From Myxococcota bacterium (GTDB taxonomy: Bacteria; Myxococcota_A; UBA796; CAJQPC01), in contig DASCPX010000091.1 in assembly GCA_036012755.1 (NCBI GenBank), positions 39,507 to 103,506 of the forward strand: a DNA stretch of 64,000 bases. Direction: 5' to 3'. The notes under the pieces were generated by a model. That model was not told the origin of the DNA. It worked only from the letters and a program-made list of their open reading frames with translations, and did no database searches. Below are positions 59,086 to 64,000 of the stretch, in pieces. Every line of letters begins with the position of its first letter. The first letter of the stretch is position 1. Position numbers and translations under genes: made by a program.

Positions 59086-59702
59086 CGGGCCTGGCGGCCG
59101 TGCTGCTGGGTGTTCGTGATCGTGGCTTCGACCAGGGACAACAGCTCGTCGAGCTTCAGCGGCTTCTGGATGAAGCCATCGAAGTCCTCTTCATGGATCC
59201 GCCGTTCGACCTCGACGTCGCGATAGGCCGTGCAGGCGAGGATCGGGATGTGGCGCGTGTCGCGCCCGGCCCGGAGCACGCGAAGGACCTCGAAGCCGTC
59301 CATGTCCGGCATCATGATGTCCATGAGGATCAGCTCCGGCTTGAAGCGCGCCACGGTGTAGCCGGCGGCGAAGCCGGAGTCGGCGACCTCGAGGTCGAAC
59401 TTGCCCTTGATCGTCAAGTACTCCCGGACCATGTCGGAGAAGTCGCGCTCGTCGTCGACGACGAGGACCCTGCGACGTCCCGTGGACTCCGCGAGGAACT
59501 CCTCGGACAGCGGGTAGTTGAACTCCCGGGCGAAGCCGATCAGGTCGTTCCGCGCGATGCGGCGGTGGCCGCCCGGCGTTCGGTGAGCCCGCATCTTGTT
59601 CGAGTTCACCCAGTTGACCACCGTCGGCAGGCTCACGCCGAGGACCTTCGAGACCTGATAGGTCGTGTAGTAGGTGGGTCCGCCGGGCGTCTTTCTAGCC
59701 AT
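59079..59702 (-). CDS. Excisionase-type HTH (HTH_17) + receiver-domain response regulator
   Basis: YTTYQVSKVLGVSLPTVVNWV...RTPGGHRRI; VLVVDDE, MDIMMPDMDG, IQKP. Confidence 0.92.
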   Translation of the reverse strand: MARKTPGGPTYYTTYQVSKVLGVSLPTVVNWVNSNKMRAHRTPGGHRRIARNDLIGFAREFNYPLSEEFLAESTGRRRVLVVDDERDFSDMVREYLTIKGKFDLEVADSGFAAGYTVARFKPELILMDIMMPDMDGFEVLRVLRAGRDTRHIPILACTAYRDVEVERRIHEEDFDGFIQKPLKLDELLSLVEATITNTQQHGRQARG

Positions 59703-59805
59703 CCAGTTCCTCTACGCGACAGCTAAGCGGCTGGACACGGAGATGTCAACACTCCAAATTCTCAGAAATCCCGACGTGGCCCCCCATCCTCGGTCTCGAC
59801 TGAGC

Positions 59806-60111
59806 TTAACCCGAACCGCCCTCGATTCGCAGCCTATCGACGAGCACTTCAAGCATGTCTGCGAGCCGCTCGGCCTGCCGCTCGATCGTGGCCAACGCCG
59901 CCTCCTGCTTAGGCGTGAGTTCCCCGTACACCCCTTCCTTGACGAGCTCGGCGTTGCCGAGGATCACTCCGAGGGGGTTGCGCAGATCGTGGGCAAGGAC
60001 CCGGCGGACCTCTCCCCCGTCGACCCGCTCGACGTCGTACCCCCGATCCCTCAACAGGGCTACAGCCGAGTCATCCGAGGCGCTGGGCTGGAGGAGGATC
60101 ATCCTTGCCAT
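59806..60111 (-). CDS. Stand-alone HisKA (DHp) domain protein
   Basis: H-box LAHDLRNPLGVILGNAEL, YGELTPKQ...I...AERL; no ATPase domain. Confidence 0.75.
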   Translation of the reverse strand: MARMILLQPSASDDSAVALLRDRGYDVERVDGGEVRRVLAHDLRNPLGVILGNAELVKEGVYGELTPKQEAALATIERQAERLADMLEVLVDRLRIEGGSG

Positions 60112-60150
60112 GCGCCGACTCTACCGGGAGCGCGGGCTCCTGCAGGCAAC

Positions 60151-61308
60151 TCAGTCCATGATCCGGAAGCGGAAGAAGGTCTCACCGATGATGACCTCTT
60201 CGCCACCGAAGAGCCGCCGCTCGGTGATGAGCTCGCCGTTGACGAGCGAGCCGTTGGAGGACTTGTTGTCCTCGATGTAGAAGTTGTCGCCGCGGCGGAA
60301 GACCTTGCAGTGGTAGCGACTGACCTTCGAGTCGTTCTTGATCTGGATGTCGTTGTCGCGACCACGACCGATGGTGAGCACGTCCCCCGTGAAGGGGTAG
60401 ATCTGCTCCTCGGCGGTGCCCTCCTGGTAGATCAGGAGCGCGCGGCGGGTGCCAACCTCGCCTTCCTCGGCGCCCCCGGTGTCACCTTCGACGATGATCT
60501 CCTCGACATCCTCGAGCCCGATCTCGTCGTCCGGTTCCAGGTCGTCCGCGCCGACCAGGTCGATCTCGACTTCGTCCGCGCCGTCATCCGCGAGGATGTC
60601 GACGTCCTCGTCGTCCGCCTCGAAGCCGAAGTCGACATCGACGGCTTCTTCGTCGTCCGCATCGGACTCGCTAGCCTCGATGCTGATCTCGGCGTCCTCG
60701 TCGGTGGAAGAGACCGCGACCGCTGCCGCCGATCCGCCATCGTCAAAGACCGCTGAGACGTCTTCCTTCATGCCACCGCTGTGGGCGTGCACGTCGTCCG
60801 CGTCGCCGTTCTCGATCTCGATCTCGATCTCTTGAGGGGCGTCCGCGACGCCCGAGTCGTGAGCGGCCTTGGCTGCCAGGTCGACCCACGCGTCCAGGGT
60901 GGCCCTGAACTCGTCGAGGTCCTTCTGCAGCTCCCCGACCTTGCCGTCCGCCTCGGACAGCTCTTTCTTGAAGGCCTTGGCCTCCTTGTCGAACTGCTTC
61001 GCCGTGAGCTCGCCGATCTCCTTGCGGAGCTCCAGCTCCTCCATCTCCTCGGCGGCCGACGACTTTCTCTCGTTGACGTCAGCGACCTCCTTGGCGAGAC
61101 CGTCGATGACGCCGGCGACGTCGCCGACAAGTGGGCGGATCAGGTCGCCGACGTCGACCGACTTGATCTCGTTCTTCATCACGACCTTTTCGATGGTCGC
61201 AGCCGAGAACTTGCCCCCCTGAGCCTTGGCTTTTCCGATGAAACCACGGAGCTCGGTGTAGGCGGTGAGGTGCTCGTTGAAGGTCTTGAGAAGATCCGCG
61301 TTTTCCAT
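60151..61308 (-). CDS. Coiled-coil + acidic linker + C-terminal FHA-domain protein
   Basis: FHA: IGRGRDNDI.I..DSKVSRYH...SSNGSLVNG; EELELR..IGE coiled coil; start at ATG 61308. Confidence 0.88.
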   Translation of the reverse strand: MENADLLKTFNEHLTAYTELRGFIGKAKAQGGKFSAATIEKVVMKNEIKSVDVGDLIRPLVGDVAGVIDGLAKEVADVNERKSSAAEEMEELELRKEIGELTAKQFDKEAKAFKKELSEADGKVGELQKDLDEFRATLDAWVDLAAKAAHDSGVADAPQEIEIEIENGDADDVHAHSGGMKEDVSAVFDDGGSAAAVAVSSTDEDAEISIEASESDADDEEAVDVDFGFEADDEDVDILADDGADEVEIDLVGADDLEPDDEIGLEDVEEIIVEGDTGGAEEGEVGTRRALLIYQEGTAEEQIYPFTGDVLTIGRGRDNDIQIKNDSKVSRYHCKVFRRGDNFYIEDNKSSNGSLVNGELITERRLFGGEEVIIGETFFRFRIMD

Positions 61309-61412
61309 CTGTCGCGAACTCCGAGAGATGCGGGTGTGAGAGCCGGGGCAGGTCATGTTCCCGGTGGGAACTCGTACCGACTGCTGGCTGCTGGCGCAGG
61401 GGTCACTGCTGT

Positions 61413-62045
61413 TTAGTGGATGGGGCCCCACGCAGTCAAGTCGGCCTGCGTCAGCGGGCTCCCCCACACGATCTGGACGACGGCGCCACCATCCTTGCGA
61501 GGGGCCACGACCACACCCGGACGGCGCCTCCTCGTCTCCCTGACCGTGTCCGCGACGGCATAGGAGCGAAAGCTGATGTCCAGGAGCGCCAGCGGGATGA
61601 GGGGGCCGACGAGCTCGGCGCCAAAGACCCACCAGGCAGCGGCGCCGAGGAGCGCGAGCTCCACGGTCGAGTAGCCGACGAACCCGCCGAGGTCTCCCAG
61701 GATCAGGTGTCCCGCTCCGGGCCACAAGGCGCTGGCGGTGCCCACGACCAGCGGAGGCGGCACTCGGCGGCTGCCCGGGCCGAGCCCCCTGCTCTCGAGC
61801 TGGGTGAGCCGGAAGGCCTCGAGATCGAGGGCGTAGGCGGCGACGTCCAGTTCGACACCGTCCACCCACACTCGGGACACGAGCGGGGTCGGGACCTCGT
61901 ACCGTCCCGCGGCGCTCGAGACGACGAGCACATCGTCCGAGGCGCTCAGGGCGTAGCCCTCGACCTGTGTTCCGCCGCGCAGCTCGAAGCGAACCTCGTC
62001 GCCGCTCTCCAGGGCGGCAGCGAGCGCGACAAGCGCTAGGATCAT
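61413..62045 (-). CDS. Exported/membrane protein, unknown function
   Basis: ATGA overlap with dnaB; hydrophobic N-terminus; SALWPGAGHL..G TM2-like motif. Confidence 0.7.
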   Translation of the reverse strand: MILALVALAAALESGDEVRFELRGGTQVEGYALSASDDVLVVSSAAGRYEVPTPLVSRVWVDGVELDVAAYALDLEAFRLTQLESRGLGPGSRRVPPPLVVGTASALWPGAGHLILGDLGGFVGYSTVELALLGAAAWWVFGAELVGPLIPLALLDISFRSYAVADTVRETRRRRPGVVVAPRKDGGAVVQIVWGSPLTQADLTAWGPIH

Positions 62046-63394
62046 CCGTAGCTCGCGTAGTCTGGAGCCAGGTTGTCGAAGCGCGTGAAGCGACCCTCGA
62101 AGGCGAGGTCGACCGTGCCGGTGGGTCCGTTTCGCTGCTTGGCGATGATCACCTCGGCCACTCCGGGCTTGGTCGACTTCTCCTTGAGGTAGTAGTCGTC
62201 CCGGTAGATGAACAGGATCACGTCAGCGTCCTGCTCGATGGCGCCGGATTCCCTCAGGTCGGAGATCAGCGGGCGCTTGTCGGCGCGCGACTCGACGCCG
62301 CGGTTGAGTTGAGAGAGGGCCAAGACAGGCAACTCCAGCTCCTTGGCGAGCGCCTTGAGCCCGCGGGAGATGCGCCCGATCTGCTGCTCGCGCGACTCGT
62401 TCTTGGAGCCAGCCCCCCCAGAGCCCATCAGCTGCAGGTAGTCGATGACGATGAGGCCGAGGGTGGGGCACATGCTTGCCAGCCGCCGAGCCTTCGAGCG
62501 CAGCTGCGTGATCGTCAAGCCTGCCGTGTCGTCGATCCAGACGGGCTGCTGGTAGAGGACCTCGTGGGCGTCCTCGAGGCGCACCCAGTCGTCGTTCCTC
62601 GAGAGCATGCCCGTGCGGATCTTGCCCGCGTCCACCCGGGCCTCCGAGCTGAGGATGCGCAGGGCGAGCTGGCCTGCGGCCATCTCGAGGGAGAAGATCC
62701 CGACGGCCACGCCAGCGTCGACGGCGGCCCTCTGGGCGATGTTCAGGGCGAGGGCCGTCTTGCCCATGGCTGGCCGCGCAGCGAGCACGATCAGGTCGGA
62801 GGGCTGCAGCCCGGCGAGCTTCTCGTCCAGCTCCAGGAAGCCCGTTCGCACGCCGGTGACCGCGCCGCGATTCTCCGTGCGGGTCTCGAGCTTCTGCCAC
62901 TCGACGTCGATGACCTGGCCCAGCACCTGCCAGTCCTTCTTCGCCCGCTGCTGGGCGACCTGGAAGACGCTGGACTCGGCGTGGTCGAGCAGCTCCGGGA
63001 GCTCGTCCGCGCCTGCCAGGACCCTGGCGTTGATGTCGGCCGTCACCTCCATCAGGCGGCGCCGAACGGCCTTGTCCTTGATGATGCGAGCGTAGTACTC
63101 GAGGTTCTCCGTGGACGGAACCAGCTCCGGGAGCGAGGTCGCGTAGGAGAGCCCGCCGAACTCCTCCGCTTGCCCGGTGGAGAGGATGTGATCGGTGAGG
63201 CCGAGCACGTCGAGCGCCTCGCTCTGGGCGTACCGGCTCAGCATCAGCTCGAAGATCTTGCGATGCGCCGCGCTGTGGAAGTCCATCGGAGCAAGGACCT
63301 CTGAGATCGCGGCGACCTGGCCGTGATCCAACAGCAAGCCGCCGAGCAAGGCGCGCTCGGCCTCGAGCGACTGCGGGTGCTGGCGAGTATCCAC
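62042..63394 (-). CDS. dnaB: Replicative DNA helicase DnaB
   Basis: [56 protein letters not shown]; no intein. Confidence 0.98.
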   Translation of the reverse strand: MDTRQHPQSLEAERALLGGLLLDHGQVAAISEVLAPMDFHSAAHRKIFELMLSRYAQSEALDVLGLTDHILSTGQAEEFGGLSYATSLPELVPSTENLEYYARIIKDKAVRRRLMEVTADINARVLAGADELPELLDHAESSVFQVAQQRAKKDWQVLGQVIDVEWQKLETRTENRGAVTGVRTGFLELDEKLAGLQPSDLIVLAARPAMGKTALALNIAQRAAVDAGVAVGIFSLEMAAGQLALRILSSEARVDAGKIRTGMLSRNDDWVRLEDAHEVLYQQPVWIDDTAGLTITQLRSKARRLASMCPTLGLIVIDYLQLMGSGGAGSKNESREQQIGRISRGLKALAKELELPVLALSQLNRGVESRADKRPLISDLRESGAIEQDADVILFIYRDDYYLKEKSTKPGVAEVIIAKQRNGPTGTVDLAFEGRFTRFDNLAPDYASYG

Positions 63395-63413
63395 GCTTTC
63401 TCCAACGCGAGAA

Positions 63414-63444
63414 GGGCCCGAGGGAGTCTCGCTCCGCCGGGCCC
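63414..63444 (-). terminator. Stem-loop between rplI and dnaB (possible terminator/attenuator)
   Basis: Minus strand GGGCCCG-gc-GGAG-cgaga-CTCC-ct-CGGGCCC followed only by TTCT. Confidence 0.45.
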
Positions 63445-63458
63445 CAGAAACTGTCCGG

Positions 63459-63902
63459 CTACTCCCGGATGACGTAGACCTTGACGCTGGCCTCGATGCC
63501 CATGCCCAGCTTCACCGGCACCGTGAAGACACCGATGTTGCGAATGGGCTCGTCGAGAACGATGTTGCGGCGATCGATCTCGAAGTTCTCCGCGGCCAAA
63601 GCCTCAGCGATGTCGCGGTTGGTGACGGAGCCGAAGAGCTTGTCCTCGTCTCCAGCGGAGCGCTTGAGGCTGACGGCGGTCTCGGCCAGCCGGGTCGCGA
63701 CGGCCTGCGCCTCCTCCTCCAGCCGGTTGCGGCGGTGGGAAGTGACCCGCTTCTGGTGTTCGAGCCGCTTCACGTTCCGCTCGTCGGCGTGCAGCGCGAG
63801 CCCACGGGGAATGAGGAAGTTCCGACCGTAGCCATCCGCCACGGTCACGACGTCGCCGACGCTGCCCAGGTTGGACACATCGGCCTGCAGGATGACCTTC
63901 AT
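63459..63902 (-). CDS. rplI: 50S ribosomal protein L9
   Basis: MKVIL..DV.NLG..GDVV.V..GYGRNFLIPRG, KLFGSVT..DIA. Confidence 0.98.
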   Translation of the reverse strand: MKVILQADVSNLGSVGDVVTVADGYGRNFLIPRGLALHADERNVKRLEHQKRVTSHRRNRLEEEAQAVATRLAETAVSLKRSAGDEDKLFGSVTNRDIAEALAAENFEIDRRNIVLDEPIRNIGVFTVPVKLGMGIEASVKVYVIRE

Positions 63903-64000
63903 TCCGGGCTCCCTTCATCATCGTCGGTGGCCGTGGCAGCATCGTCGGTGGCCGTGGCAGCATCGTCGGTGGCCGTGGCAGCATCGTCGGTGGCCGTGGC
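63899..64000 (-). CDS. 3' end of gene upstream of rplI (partial), ending (ATATDDA)n-ATATDDDEGSPE*
   Basis: Open frame from the window edge to TGA 63901-63899, which overlaps the rplI ATG (ATGA). Confidence 0.6.
   Translation of the reverse strand, partial: ATATDDAATATDDAATATDDAATATDDDEGSPE
63919..64000. repeat. Perfect 21-bp tandem repeat, at least 3.9 copies, runs off the window
   Basis: CATCGTCGGTGGCCGTGGCAG at 63919, 63940, 63961 and 63982 (partial). Confidence 0.97.

Noticed and set aside
59079..59702. Prophage or ICE excisionase
   Set aside because: The HTH_17 domain is fused to a receiver domain, a common regulator architecture; no integrase or phage genes are nearby
63604..63984. 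ORF with MLPRPPT repeats
   Set aside because: Alternative reading of the 21-bp VNTR that overlaps rplI out of frame; the ATATDDA frame fits the stop/start overlap
63919..64000. CRISPR array
   Set aside because: Repeats are head-to-tail with no spacers, and no cas genes are in the window

Overview
Gene-dense, very GC-rich (about 70% by eye, not computed) bacterial chromosomal segment. It is most consistent with a Myxococcota/Deltaproteobacteria-type genome, based on a MYXO-CTERM-like tail, many acidic lipoproteins, and PEGA, FHA, FG-GAP and sigma-54 proteins. Housekeeping genes (mgtE, recO, glyQ-glyS-ppdK, a hbd-crt-bcd-like cluster, a Leu/Phe/Val dehydrogenase, coaD, glmS, a TIGR03960-type radical SAM, yfgM/bamB-like pair, fdx, guaA, xdhC, dnaB, rplI) are interleaved with many uncharacterised surface proteins. 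I saw no tRNA, rRNA, CRISPR array, transposase or prophage. Features outside the ORF track: a 28-bp XerCD dif-like site at 48921-48948, suggesting the window spans the replication terminus; a highly structured candidate ncRNA at about 4700-4890; a cluster of GAA-loop hairpins at 58881-59085; and a perfect 21-bp VNTR at the right edge. Recurring oddities: (i) ultrashort, charge-less lipoprotein-like leaders with Cys at residue 6-9; (ii) several genes that appear to start at CTG; (iii) two membrane-anchored ECF-sigma/anti-sigma-like fusion proteins; (iv) several apparently catalytically dead enzyme homologues; and (v) a stand-alone HisKA domain. All family assignments come from motif recognition by eye; no searches were run.
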